This document shows, one piece after another, positions 8,959 to 18,477 of a DNA stretch of 64,000 nucleotides. The position numbers and the translations under genes are program-made. The DNA is taken from positions 160,001 through 224,000 of the forward strand of contig JAVKIP010000001.1 of NCBI GenBank assembly GCA_031459385.1, written 5' to 3'. Within the stretch, counting starts at the first letter, position 1; each line of letters starts with the position of its first letter. Under the pieces are notes generated by a model. The model did no database searches and was not told the DNA's origin. It was given only the letters and a program-made list of their open reading frames with translations. This stretch comes from Candidatus Fervidifonticultor secundus (GTDB taxonomy: Bacteria > Sysuimicrobiota > Sysuimicrobiia > Sysuimicrobiales > Humicultoraceae).

Positions 8959-9122
8959 TGCCGGACCGGTGCGGGGTATCTTCCGGCGCCGGCAGGCGGC
9001 TCCCTGCTCGGCGTGCCGGGGGCCGCGGGCGTGCGCTGCGGCGCCGGTTCCGGCTGTGCGCCGCGCGGTGCCCGCGCGCCTCGCGCCGGGGTCGATGCCA
9101 CGCGGTGCCACGCGGCGCCGAC

Positions 9123-9151
9123 TTGCGGAGACCGAACGGCGGTGCTACGGT
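9123..9151 (+). promoter_or_regulatory. Putative promoter of tRNA-Lys
   Basis: TTGCGG (9123-9128), a 17 nt spacer and TACGGT (9146-9151) with an extended -10 TG, about 60 nt upstream of the tRNA. Confidence 0.45.
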
Positions 9152-9211
9152 GAAACGTTGGGAGCGGTCGACACGCGGTCTGTCTTCCGGACGGCCCCTC
9201 CCAGCCGGTGT

Positions 9212-9287
9212 GGGCCCTTAGCTCAGCAGGCAGAGCGGCGGGCTTTTAACCCGCGCGTCGGGGGTTCGAGTCCCTCAGGGCCCACCA
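9212..9287 (+). tRNA. tRNA-Lys (anticodon UUU)
   Basis: 76 nt cloverleaf: acceptor GGGCCCT/AGGGCCC, D-arm GCTC..GAGC, anticodon stem GCGGG/CCCGC with loop CTTTTAA, T-loop TTCGAGT, encoded CCA end. Confidence 0.97.
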
Positions 9288-9508
9288 GAATCCGCATCGG
9301 GACTGCGGTTCCATCGCCGATCATTTGTCGTGTTGTCGGGCGTGCAACAGAAAGGTGTGTCAGGACGGCAATGCGACGAGTGGGTGCGCTGTCCCCTGCA
9401 GGGGCGGTCTCCGTGGTCGCGAACACTGGCGTTGAAAGCCCTCCGGCAGGTACCGGGCCGTGCGGAGCCGTCGCGCGGCGACCCCGGGGGAGATTGGGGG
9501 GTGACGTC

Positions 9509-10534
9509 ATGAAGGCGGTCTGGGCCCGGCGCATGTGGAGCGGACTCGTCCCCGCTGGGATCGTGGGTGCCGTGGGTGTCGCGCTGCTCGGCATGCGGCT
9601 CGTGACCGCCGGGCCGCCGGCGGCCGTGACCGCGCAGCTGACGCAGGTGCCCCGGGTGCCGCCGGCGCCGGGGCGCGGCCCGACGCGCGTCGTCGTGGAC
9701 CTGGAGACGGTCGAGCGGCGCGGGGCGCTGGCCGACGGCGTGGAGTACGGGTTCTGGACCTTCAATGGCACGGTCCCCGGGCCCATGATCCGCGTGCGGG
9801 AGGGTGACACGGTAGAGCTGCGCCTCAGGAACCGCCAGGACAGCACCCAGGCCCACTCCATCGACCTGCACGCGGTGAACGGTCCTGGCGGCGGGGCGGC
9901 GGTCACGCAGACGACGCCCGGGAAGGCCACGGCGTTCCGATGGCAGGCCCGCAATCCCGGGCTGTACGTCTACCATTGCGCCACGCCGCACATTCCCTCC
10001 CATATCGCCAACGGCATGTACGGGCTCATCCTGGTCGAGCCGGCCCGCGGCCTGCCCACGGTAGACGTGGAGTACGCCGTCGTGCAGAGCGAGTTCTACA
10101 CTCAGGGCGGGCGGGGGCAGCGAGGCCTGCAGCGCTTCGACGCCATCAAGGCATACGCGGAGCAGCCCGAGTACGTGGTCTTCAACGGGCGGGTGGGTGC
10201 GTTGACCGCCAGGGGGGCCCTCCAGGCGAGCGTCGGCCAAACGGTCCGCCTCTTCGTCGGGAACGCCGGCCCCAACCTCGTCTCCTCGTTCCACGTGATC
10301 GGGGAGATCTTCGACCGGGTCTACCCGGAAGGCGCGGTGGGGACGCCGCCCCTCCGCAACGTGCAGACGACACACATCCCGGCCGGGGGCGCGGCTATCG
10401 TCGAGTTCCGGGTCGAGGTGCCCGGCACCTATCTCCTCGTGGACCACAGTATCTTCCGGATCGACAAGGGCGCCGTCGGCCAGCTCGTCGTCAGCGGCCC
10501 GGCCGCCCCGCAGGTGTTCCGGCCGCTGGAGTAG
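9509..10534 (+). CDS. nirK: Copper-containing nitrite reductase (AniA/class II-like), exported
   Basis: N-terminal hydrophobic segment; WTFNGTVPGP, HSIDLHA, YHCA...H..NGMYG (type 1 Cu ligands), SSFHVIGEIFD, LVDH. Confidence 0.93.
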   Translation: MKAVWARRMWSGLVPAGIVGAVGVALLGMRLVTAGPPAAVTAQLTQVPRVPPAPGRGPTRVVVDLETVERRGALADGVEYGFWTFNGTVPGPMIRVREGDTVELRLRNRQDSTQAHSIDLHAVNGPGGGAAVTQTTPGKATAFRWQARNPGLYVYHCATPHIPSHIANGMYGLILVEPARGLPTVDVEYAVVQSEFYTQGGRGQRGLQRFDAIKAYAEQPEYVVFNGRVGALTARGALQASVGQTVRLFVGNAGPNLVSSFHVIGEIFDRVYPEGAVGTPPLRNVQTTHIPAGGAAIVEFRVEVPGTYLLVDHSIFRIDKGAVGQLVVSGPAAPQVFRPLE

Positions 10535-10558
10535 GGCCGCCGCGGCCCGGAGACGACC

Positions 10559-11086
10559 GTGATCCGCCCCGAGCGCACCAAGGGCCGGATCGCCTTCGAC
10601 GTCATCCGCCCGCCGGACCGCCGTGTCTCGTTCACCGCCCATCTGCTCGAGGCTACCGACCAGACCATCGTAGTGGCCCACGAGCTCTTTCCCTCACGTC
10701 CCCTGGAGTACGGCGGCGAGCGGGTGCTGGAGGCGGGGTACTGGGCGGTGTGGTTCCTGTTCAAGGGCCGACCCTTCGACGTCGGCCGCGTCTACCGACC
10801 GGAGGGGACCTGGACCGGCTACTACGTCGACGTGCTGGAGCCGGTGCGCTGGCAGGGCGCGGACCCGACCACGCTCGAGCCCCTCGTCGACCTCTTCCTC
10901 GACCTGTGGGTCGCGCCCGACGGCCGCCAGGCGGTGCTCGACGAAGACGAGTTCGCCGCGGCCGTGGACCGCGGACACCTGACGCGCGCGCAGGTGGCCC
11001 GCGCCCGCAGCGTCCTGCGCGACCTCACAGAGGCGACGGCGCGCGGCGAGTTTCCGCCGGCCGTGGTCCGGGAGTTCGCCCTGTAG
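10559..11086 (+). CDS. DUF402-domain protein (FomD/Ntdp-like nucleotide hydrolase fold)
   Basis: GYYVDV, DLFLDLWV.PDG...VLDEDEF. Confidence 0.8.
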   Translation: MIRPERTKGRIAFDVIRPPDRRVSFTAHLLEATDQTIVVAHELFPSRPLEYGGERVLEAGYWAVWFLFKGRPFDVGRVYRPEGTWTGYYVDVLEPVRWQGADPTTLEPLVDLFLDLWVAPDGRQAVLDEDEFAAAVDRGHLTRAQVARARSVLRDLTEATARGEFPPAVVREFAL

Positions 11087-11092
11087 CGGCAG

Positions 11093-11656
11093 TTACCGTG
11101 CGATCTTCGAGATCTTCGCGCCTTCCAACGTCAGGTTGTACATCAGCCCCTTCTGGCCGATCACGAACCCGACGATAGGCTTGTTGGCCTTCTGGCTGTC
11201 GATGGACGCGTCAGCGCCCAGGTCCACCAGCACCACCGAGCCGTTGACGCCCACCTGCCAGCCGGTGCTGGCCTGGAAGTCGGCCAGCGCCTTGCTGTCG
11301 AGGAAGACGATGATGATGTCCTTTTTCTGGGCGCCCAGCTGCAGCCCGATGGACGCGGCGGCCAGGCTGTAGTAGGCCACCGTGCGCCCGCCGATGCGCA
11401 GGGCGCCCTCGCCGTACTCGCCCCCGATGCCGATGCCCGCCTTGATGACGCCCGGGAAGACCAGCACCCCCTTGGCGGTCCTGAGGAACTCGCGGGAGCC
11501 CTTGACCTTCTGCGTGAACTGCTCTAGCACGGCGTCCGCGCCGGCGTCGATTTCTTTTGCGGTCTTGGCATGGGCAGCAGGCGCCGCCAGGAGGCCCGCC
11601 ACGACCACCAGCCCGACGCCCGTCAGGATACTCCGGCCTCTCGGTCTCAGGTGCAT
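11093..11656 (-). CDS. Secreted SYLF/Ysc84-like lipid-binding protein
   Basis: Signal peptide ending AHA; AKGVLVFP.V.KAG.GIGGEYGEG, SIGLQLGAQ, GLMYNLTLEGAKI. Confidence 0.88.
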   Translation of the reverse strand: MHLRPRGRSILTGVGLVVVAGLLAAPAAHAKTAKEIDAGADAVLEQFTQKVKGSREFLRTAKGVLVFPGVIKAGIGIGGEYGEGALRIGGRTVAYYSLAAASIGLQLGAQKKDIIIVFLDSKALADFQASTGWQVGVNGSVVLVDLGADASIDSQKANKPIVGFVIGQKGLMYNLTLEGAKISKIAR

Positions 11657-11909
11657 GCCGCTGCCCCCCGTGTCGTCGCCGGGAGCCGTGTGGCTCCGCC
11701 AGCGGCGAAAGATATGTGGTCTGTCGAGGACGTTCCCCCTCGGCGGGACCATCCCTCCAGGCGCCCCGGCGCCCCCCGGAGTCTGCGCCTGCCTGGTGTG
11801 TCGGAGAAGGATCGGGCCCAGGCGGTGGCCGCCCGGGCCCGCGTCTGTCTCGTGGACTACTGTCGTGTGGACAACGCCTCGTCGGACAGAACGGCGATCG
11901 CGAGAGAGG

Positions 11910-12116
11910 TTAGCCGATGGGCCGTACCCGCGTGGCCTGCGGACCCTTCTGGCCCTGGGTCTGCGTGTACTCGACCTTCTGGCCCTCAACGAGCGACTTG
12001 TAGCCGTCGCCGTCGATCCCGCTGAAGTGCACGAAGAGATCCTTCGTGCCGTCGTCGGGCGTGATGAACCCGTACCCCTTCTCGTTGCTGAACCACTTCA
12101 CGGTCCCTGTTGCCAT
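11910..12116 (-). CDS. Cold-shock protein (CspA family)
   Basis: [18 protein letters not shown] (RNP1), DLFVHFS (RNP2), KGPQA. Confidence 0.97.
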   Translation of the reverse strand: MATGTVKWFSNEKGYGFITPDDGTKDLFVHFSGIDGDGYKSLVEGQKVEYTQTQGQKGPQATRVRPIG

Positions 12117-12372
12117 GATCCTACCACCTTTGCTGCAAGCTACCACAGACCTGGTACCCTCTGCGATGCCCGGCTATTGTCTCACGGCCTGGCCGCGAGC
12201 GCAAGACCGCAGCGCGCCTGCGGCCGACCCCCGGGGCGCGGACGAGCAGCCGCAGCACGCCCAGGGCACGCCGCGGCCGGTGGGGCGGTGCCGCCGGCGG
12301 GAATGGGCGATGCCGTGCGACGAATATCAGGCGTCGGAGAGCTCCGGCAGGCGGGGGAGGAGGGACCAGAGG

Positions 12373-13146
12373 ATGGGTGCGTGGCGGGTGTTCGCCCTGA
12401 GTTCGGGTGGCCGCACGGTGGACTGGTCGACGCGGCTGTACCTCCATCCGGTGGGCGAGACGATGACCTCTGCGTACTTCCTCTGGGTCCTGCACGGCGA
12501 GGGGGAGCCGGTGGTGGTGGACACGGGGTTCACGGCGCGGCTCGGGCGGCTCAAGGGGGTGCCGACGGAGCAGCTGCGGCCGCGGGAGCAGCTGCTGGCA
12601 GCAGTGGGCGTGCAGCCCGAGCGCGTCCGCACCGTGGTGCTCACGCACCTGCACTGGGACCACTTCGATCTGGAGGGCGCCTTTCCCACAGCCACGTTCT
12701 GGGTGCAGCGCCGCGAGGTCGAGTTCTGGGCGGGGTACGGCGCCGGCGAGCCCTGGCACCAGCGCTTCCTCAGCGACCGCTTCGCCGAAGAGCTGCAGGA
12801 GCTGCAGGAGGGCGGTCGCCTGAAGATCATGGAAGGCGCCCTCGAGCCCACTCCCGGCGTCCGCCTGGAGTGGGTCGGCGGGCACTCGCCGGGCATGCAG
12901 ATCGTCGTCGTCGAGACGGCGAAGGGGCCGTTCGTGATCGCGAACGACGCCCTCACCACGTACCGCAACCTGCGCGACTGGGTGCCGCCGGCGATTCACC
13001 TCGGCAGCGTCGCGGAGTGCCTGGACGCCATGCGGCGCATCCGGGCGCTGTGCGACGGCGACGAGGACCGGCTGTGTCCGGGTCACGACGGCGAGGTCTG
13101 GCGCCGCTTCCCGGAGGTCGCACCGGGCGTCTTCCAGCTGGCGTAG
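12373..13146 (+). CDS. Metallo-beta-lactamase-fold hydrolase, N-acyl-homoserine lactonase family
   Basis: VDTGF, THLHWDH, GGHSPG, AND, PGHD. Confidence 0.85.
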   Translation: MGAWRVFALSSGGRTVDWSTRLYLHPVGETMTSAYFLWVLHGEGEPVVVDTGFTARLGRLKGVPTEQLRPREQLLAAVGVQPERVRTVVLTHLHWDHFDLEGAFPTATFWVQRREVEFWAGYGAGEPWHQRFLSDRFAEELQELQEGGRLKIMEGALEPTPGVRLEWVGGHSPGMQIVVVETAKGPFVIANDALTTYRNLRDWVPPAIHLGSVAECLDAMRRIRALCDGDEDRLCPGHDGEVWRRFPEVAPGVFQLA

Positions 13147-13191
13147 GGGCGCCACGCGGTCTGCGTGCGGTCGCCGGGCAGGCCGCGGCGA

Positions 13192-13980
13192 CTACGGCAG
13201 CGTGACGGGGTCGCCGACGCGCACCAGCTTGCCCGCCTCCGAGGCCGGGACCCGCGTGCCGACGCACAGCCGGTAGAAGTGGTCGAAGCGCTCCCGCGGC
13301 GCCCACGCCGGCAGGTGCGCCCGGCGGTACGCGCTGAACGTTTGTTGGAACGAGGGATCGCCGGCGCCGGTGCGTGGGTCGCGGGTCGGCACCGCACAGC
13401 GGGGCCAGGGCTCCATGCCCTCGAACCGCACCTGGCCGATGCAAAATGGCACCGGCGCGTCGGCCCCAATCAGCCGGTCCTCCCAGAACGGTTCGGCGGC
13501 GTCGAGTTCCAGGTTGGGCCGGAAGCGCCGCCGGGCGCTGTCCAGCGTGAGGCCGGGAAACCAGGCGGCCACGGCGGCCAGCGTGGGGGTGCTCACGACC
13601 GTCGGCCCGAAGTAGCGCGAGTCGTCGGGGAAGCCGCGGCGCCCGTCGTGCAGCAGCCGCACCCCGTACCCGAAGAAGGCGGTCAGCCACGCCTCCAGGC
13701 CGGCGCGGTCCTGATCCAGATGGAACGTCGCCTCCCGGGGCGCGGATGCGCCGTCCGCCCGGAGCCGGACGAGCCGGGCGCCCAGGTCGTAGTCGGCGCG
13801 GATCGCGTGCACCCGCGCCTCGCGCTTCCCGTTGACCACGCGATCCCCGGGGCCGAGCACGGCGAACTCGCGGTCGCCGGCGAGCCCGCCGGCGGGACCG
13901 ATGCGAGCCGCGGGGAGCGCCACACCGTCGAGGGCCTTGATGGGGTAGACGACGATGCGGTGCAGAACGGGCACGTCCAC
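13192..13980 (-). CDS. MOSC-domain protein
   Basis: YPIKA, GDREF, RRFRPNL, PRCAVPTRDP, VRVGD. Confidence 0.9.
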   Translation of the reverse strand: MDVPVLHRIVVYPIKALDGVALPAARIGPAGGLAGDREFAVLGPGDRVVNGKREARVHAIRADYDLGARLVRLRADGASAPREATFHLDQDRAGLEAWLTAFFGYGVRLLHDGRRGFPDDSRYFGPTVVSTPTLAAVAAWFPGLTLDSARRRFRPNLELDAAEPFWEDRLIGADAPVPFCIGQVRFEGMEPWPRCAVPTRDPRTGAGDPSFQQTFSAYRRAHLPAWAPRERFDHFYRLCVGTRVPASEAGKLVRVGDPVTLP

Positions 13981-14110
13981 GCCGCACGGAGTTCCCGAGT
14001 GTGCGGAGGCGTTCCTGCTCCGCGGGACGGGCGGCCCCGCGCGACGGCGCCGTCGCCGAGATCATCCGCACGACCGACCTGCGGGCGGCGGCGCGGCGCC
14101 TCTCGGGGTC

Positions 14111-15853
14111 TCAGGATGCCGCGCGCGTCAGCCGTTCCCGGTACATCCTGAGCAGTTCGCGGACGGTGGTGGCGTCGGTGGGGCCCTTGTCCTCCCGAAC
14201 GCGCACGAACCGCGGGAACCGGATCGCGAGCCCGGCCGCCGGGCGCACCGCGGCCCAGCCCGCGGTGTGGACCGGGCTCACCGTGATCTCCGCGCCGATC
14301 ACCTCGAACACGAGTGCCGGCTCGATCCACCGGTCGGGGATCAGGCGGCTCTCCACGCGCGGCGGCCGCGCGGTCCGGGTGTGCGGCTCGAGCAGGCCTG
14401 GCAGCGCGTGCAGGAACTCGTCGGTGAACCCCGAACCGAGCTTGCAGACCGTCGGGAACACCTCGGCGTCCGCATCGTACGCGGCCATCAGGAGCGCGCC
14501 ATACGTGCCGGCCCGCCGGCCGCGGCCGTGGAACGCCCCGACCACCACCAGGTCGACGGCGTCGGTCATCGCGCTGCGGTACTCGCGTTTGAGCTTGATC
14601 CACAACCAGCCGCGGGCGCCGGCCTGGTAGACGCCGCCGGCGGCCTTGCAGATCAGGCCCTCGCAACCGTCGGCCACCGCTTGCTGGAAGAACGCCTCGA
14701 GGTCCTCCACCGACGTCACCTCGCGTCCGGTCGCCAGGCGGAAGCGGTCGTCGGGTACGATGGCCCGCTCGAGCTGCCGGCGCCGCTCGGCGTACGGTTG
14801 CGCCGTCAGATCGCGTCCGTCGGTGTAGAGCAGGTCGAATGCGTACAGCGCCGCGGGCAGCGCGGCCATCGCCTCCTCCACGCCGTACTTGCGGCGGCGG
14901 CGCATCAGGTCCTGGAACGGCCGCAGGTCGCCGGTGTCGGGATCGACCGCGACGACCTCGCCTTCCAGGATGGCGTCTTTCGCCGTGACGTGGCGGCGGA
15001 CCAGGGCAGTGACGTCGGGGTACTGGGCCGTGATGCGCTCCAGTCGCCGCGAGTAGAGCTCGACGCGCGCGCCCTGCTTGTGGATTTGGAGCCGCTCGCC
15101 GTCGTACTTGTACTCGGCTGCGCAGCGGCCGCCCAGCTTGGCCAGGATCGCGGCGGGATCGGCCAGCCGCTCGGCCAGCATGGGCCGAATCGGCTTGCCG
15201 ATCACCACGTGGACCCTGCGGATCGCGGCCAGCCCGCCGCGCGCCACCGTGACTGCCACGTAGCCGAGGTCGGAGGTGAGGTTATAGGCGCGCTCCAGCT
15301 CCCTGCGCGCGGCGCGCCCGCCGGCGAAGACGTCCGCCAGCGCGTCCAGCACGGTCATGTCGCCCACGCCCAGGCGCAGCGTGCCGGTGACGGTGCGCAC
15401 CAGGTACCGGGCCTCCAGGGGCGTGGCCCGGCGCAGCAGTCCGGCGACGGCAGCGAGCTTGGCGGCCTGCGCGCCCTTCCCGGTGGCGCGCGCAGCCGCC
15501 TCCAGCGTCTTGTGAACGTGCTCCACCGTCAGCGCCGGCCGGACCGGCCGCGTCCGCTCGAGCAGCGCTTCCGCCACGGTTCCGAGGTCGCCGGCGCGCG
15601 CCAGCCGCCGTGCGACGTCCTCGGGCGGCACGCCGGCAGCCTGCGCGACGGCGCGTACGGCCAGCTTCTCGGCCACGCCGATCTCGATGCCCGCAAAACC
15701 TGGCGCGAGCTGGCCCTGCGTGAGGTAGACGATCCGGTCGAGTGCGCGCGCGGGCGCGGCACGGAACAGGTCGGCCAGCAGCGCCGTCATTGCCAGGCGT
15801 GACGTGGTGGCCTCGATGCGGGCGTAGGCTTCGGCCAGCTGCCGGTAGCGCAC
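14111..15853 (-). CDS. lig: ATP-dependent DNA ligase, full length (DBD + adenylation + OB), archaeal/eukaryal-like
   Basis: Motif I EYKYDGER, III ILEGEVV, IIIa FDLL, IV EGLICK, V WIKLK, VI RFPRFVRVREDK; N-terminal DBD with LRLGVG; GGGAGG RBS before GTG 15853. Confidence 0.95.
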   Translation of the reverse strand: MRYRQLAEAYARIEATTSRLAMTALLADLFRAAPARALDRIVYLTQGQLAPGFAGIEIGVAEKLAVRAVAQAAGVPPEDVARRLARAGDLGTVAEALLERTRPVRPALTVEHVHKTLEAAARATGKGAQAAKLAAVAGLLRRATPLEARYLVRTVTGTLRLGVGDMTVLDALADVFAGGRAARRELERAYNLTSDLGYVAVTVARGGLAAIRRVHVVIGKPIRPMLAERLADPAAILAKLGGRCAAEYKYDGERLQIHKQGARVELYSRRLERITAQYPDVTALVRRHVTAKDAILEGEVVAVDPDTGDLRPFQDLMRRRRKYGVEEAMAALPAALYAFDLLYTDGRDLTAQPYAERRRQLERAIVPDDRFRLATGREVTSVEDLEAFFQQAVADGCEGLICKAAGGVYQAGARGWLWIKLKREYRSAMTDAVDLVVVGAFHGRGRRAGTYGALLMAAYDADAEVFPTVCKLGSGFTDEFLHALPGLLEPHTRTARPPRVESRLIPDRWIEPALVFEVIGAEITVSPVHTAGWAAVRPAAGLAIRFPRFVRVREDKGPTDATTVRELLRMYRERLTRAAS

Positions 15854-16006
15854 GGCACGTCCTCCCTGCGTCGGAAGTTCAGGCACGCGCGGCAGGAACC
15901 CTGCCGCCGAGAGACAGGAAGAGTTTGCCGGCAAAACCGGATAGACCGGCCCGGCGACCGCTCCCTATGATGGTGAAAGGCGCACGGGGAGGCAGGGTGA
16001 GGTGGG

Positions 16007-17167
16007 ATGGCGATGACCGACGACGAGCGCTGGCGGCACGTGCAGGCCCGCAACGGGGCAGCCGACGGGCGCTTCGTCTTCGCGGTGCGCACCACGGGCG
16101 TCTACTGCCGCCCGTCGTGCCCGGCGCGACGGCCCCGGCGGGCGCACGTGCAGTTCTTCGCCACGCCGGCGGCAGCCGCGCAGGCCGGGTTCCAGCCGTG
16201 CCGGCGGTGCCGGCCCCACGAGGCGGTCGCTGCGGCCGTGCCCCCATGGGTACAGCAGGTGTGCCGGCGGCTCGTCGAGGCTCCCGACGACGTGGCGCTG
16301 GCTGTGCTGGCAGCGGAGGTCGGCCTCGGTCCGCGGCGCCTGGCGCGGGTGTTCCGATGCGTGGTGGGCCTCACGCCGCGCCAGTTCGCCGACGCCGTCC
16401 GGATCGGGCGGCTCCGGCAGAGCCTGCGCGACGGGCAGCGCGTGACCTCCGCGCTGTACGACGCGGGCTTCGGGGCCAGCAGCCGTCTCTACGAGCGCGC
16501 GGCGGCGCTGCTCGGCATGAGCCCGGGAGCCTACCGTCGGGGCGCGCCCGGCATGCGCATTCGATGCACGACCGTGGCCTCCCCGCTGGGCCGTCTGCTG
16601 ATCGCCGCCACCGATCGGGGGCTGTGCGCGGTGCGGGTGGGAGACGACGACGCCGCGCTGATGCGCGGGGTGGCCCGGGAGTTTCCGCAGGCCCAGATCG
16701 TACGCGACGATGCGGGGCTGCGCCGGTGGGCCGGCGCACTCCTGCAGTACCTGCGCGGCTGGCAGCCGCACGTGGACCTGCCCCTCGACATCCGGGGCAC
16801 GGCGTTCCAGTGGCGGGTGTGGCGCGCGCTGCAGCGCATCGGGTACGGGCAGACCCGCACCTACGGGCAGATCGCGCGCGCCCTGGGCGACCCGCAGGCC
16901 GCCCGCGCCGTGGCTCGCGCGTGCGCCGCGAATCCGGTGGCCCTGGTCATCCCCTGCCATCGCGTGGTGCGCGGCGACGGCGGGCTCGGCGGGTATCGCT
17001 GGGGCGTACGGCGCAAGCGGTGGCTGCTCGCCCGCGAGGCCGCCGGCGGCGGCCGCGGCCGGCGGCGTGCGCGCAGGACTTTCCCGCGCGGCCGCGGTAG
17101 TGAACACGACGGCTCGTCATCCTGCGTCGAGGAGTCCTCATGGAGACCCGGACCGCCGCCGCCCTGA
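16007..17167 (+). CDS. ada: Bifunctional Ada regulator / O6-methylguanine-DNA methyltransferase
   Basis: Zn domain TTGVYCRPSC...PCRRC, AraC-type HTH, GTAFQ, active site IPCHRV, GGYRWG. A low-complexity C-tail overlaps the next gene. Confidence 0.93.
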   Translation: MAMTDDERWRHVQARNGAADGRFVFAVRTTGVYCRPSCPARRPRRAHVQFFATPAAAAQAGFQPCRRCRPHEAVAAAVPPWVQQVCRRLVEAPDDVALAVLAAEVGLGPRRLARVFRCVVGLTPRQFADAVRIGRLRQSLRDGQRVTSALYDAGFGASSRLYERAAALLGMSPGAYRRGAPGMRIRCTTVASPLGRLLIAATDRGLCAVRVGDDDAALMRGVAREFPQAQIVRDDAGLRRWAGALLQYLRGWQPHVDLPLDIRGTAFQWRVWRALQRIGYGQTRTYGQIARALGDPQAARAVARACAANPVALVIPCHRVVRGDGGLGGYRWGVRRKRWLLAREAAGGGRGRRRARRTFPRGRGSEHDGSSSCVEESSWRPGPPPP

Positions 17168-18477
17168 TCCAGGCCGATCAGGCGCATGTCATCCACCCCC
17201 TGCACCATCCGACCGACCACGCGCCGCCGCTCGTCTTCGTCGAAGGGCAGGGCGCGGTGCTGCGCGATGCCGAGGGTCGCGAGTTCATCGACGGTCTGGC
17301 GTCACTGTGGAACGTCAACGCGGGGCACGGCCGCGCCGAGCTGGCGGAGGCCGCGGCGGCCCAGATGCGTCGGCTCGCGTTCGCCTCGGCCTACGTGGGG
17401 TTCACCAACGAGCCTGCGGTGCGGCTGGCCGAGCGGCTGCTCCGCCTGGCCTATCCCAACCTCTCGGGCGTCTACTTCACCACGGCGGGTGCCGAGTCCA
17501 ACGAAGCTGCCTTCAAGGCCGCGCGCTACTACTGGAAGCGGCGGGGCCTGCCCGCCAAGACCAAGGTCATCGCGCGCATCCACGCCTACCACGGCGTCAC
17601 CCTGGCCGCCATGAGCGCCACCGGCATGGCGTCGTACCACAAGATGTTCGCACCCACGGTCCCGGGCTTCGTGCACATCCTGCCCTCGTACCCTTACCGC
17701 TACCCGGGGTCGATGGCCGACGCCCTGGAGGAGGCGATCCAGCGCGAGGGGCCCGACACGGTGGCGGCGTTCATCGCGGAGCCGGTCATGGGCGCGGGTG
17801 GGGTGATCCCACCGGCGCCCGACTACTTCCCCCGGATCCGCGAGATCTGCGATCGCTACCAGGTGCTCTTCATCGCCGATGAGGTGATCACCGGCTTCGG
17901 GCGGACCGGCCGCTGGTTCGCGCTGGGGCACTGGGGCGTACAGCCCGACCTCGTGAGCTTCGCCAAGGGTGTGACCAGCGCGTACCTGCCGCTGGGCGGC
18001 ATCATGGTCTCGCGGGAGATCCACCGGGCGATCCTGGAGGCGCCACCGGCGGAACGCTTCATGCACGCGGCGACCTACTCGGGCCATCCCGTGTGCTGCG
18101 CCGTCGGGCTGCGCAACCTGGAGCTCTTGGAGCGCGAGGGACTGGTGGAGCGCGCGGCGGCGCTGGGGCGTCGGCTGCTGGCCGGGCTCGAGACCCTGCG
18201 CGAGTTCCCCGTCGTTGGCGACGTGCGCGGGCTCGGGCTCATGGCCGGCGTCGAGCTGGTCCAGGATCGGGCGGCCAAGACCCCTGCCGTCGGGCTCGGC
18301 GCGCGCGTGCTGGCCGAGGCCCGCACCCGGGGCCTGGTGACCCGCGTGCGGCCCGGGCAGGCAGGCGACTACCCGATCGGGGACACGATCTGCCTGGCGC
18401 CGCCGCTGGTGATCACCGAGGCCCAGGTGGACCGGATCGTGGAGATCCTGCGGGCGTCCATCCGCGCGGTGATCTGA
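17140..18477 (+). CDS. Class III PLP aminotransferase (omega-amino acid/putrescine-type)
   Basis: LWNVNAGHG, AYHG.T, FIAEPVMGAGG, ADEVITGFGRTG, FAKGVTS, TYSGHP. Confidence 0.93.
   Translation: METRTAAALIQADQAHVIHPLHHPTDHAPPLVFVEGQGAVLRDAEGREFIDGLASLWNVNAGHGRAELAEAAAAQMRRLAFASAYVGFTNEPAVRLAERLLRLAYPNLSGVYFTTAGAESNEAAFKAARYYWKRRGLPAKTKVIARIHAYHGVTLAAMSATGMASYHKMFAPTVPGFVHILPSYPYRYPGSMADALEEAIQREGPDTVAAFIAEPVMGAGGVIPPAPDYFPRIREICDRYQVLFIADEVITGFGRTGRWFALGHWGVQPDLVSFAKGVTSAYLPLGGIMVSREIHRAILEAPPAERFMHAATYSGHPVCCAVGLRNLELLEREGLVERAAALGRRLLAGLETLREFPVVGDVRGLGLMAGVELVQDRAAKTPAVGLGARVLAEARTRGLVTRVRPGQAGDYPIGDTICLAPPLVITEAQVDRIVEILRASIRAVI

Noticed and set aside
9212..9300. tRNA-Lys as an integration site for a prophage or island
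   Set aside because: No integrase gene and no second copy of the tRNA 3' end seen in the window.
8336..9508. 732-aa ORF suggesting a long N-terminal extension of NirK
   Set aside because: The extension is antisense to the NDT gene and runs through the tRNA; the plausible start with a signal-like segment is 9509.
11840..11895. Short GGAC/GTCC-containing repeats downstream of the cold-shock gene
   Set aside because: Three imperfect, irregularly spaced words; not a CRISPR array and not distinguishable from chance.
17040..17167. C-terminal extensions of Ada (and of DUF72 at about 20160-20294) as extra domains
   Set aside because: Low-complexity Arg/Gly/Ser tails that look like run-on to the next available stop, with no recognisable motif.
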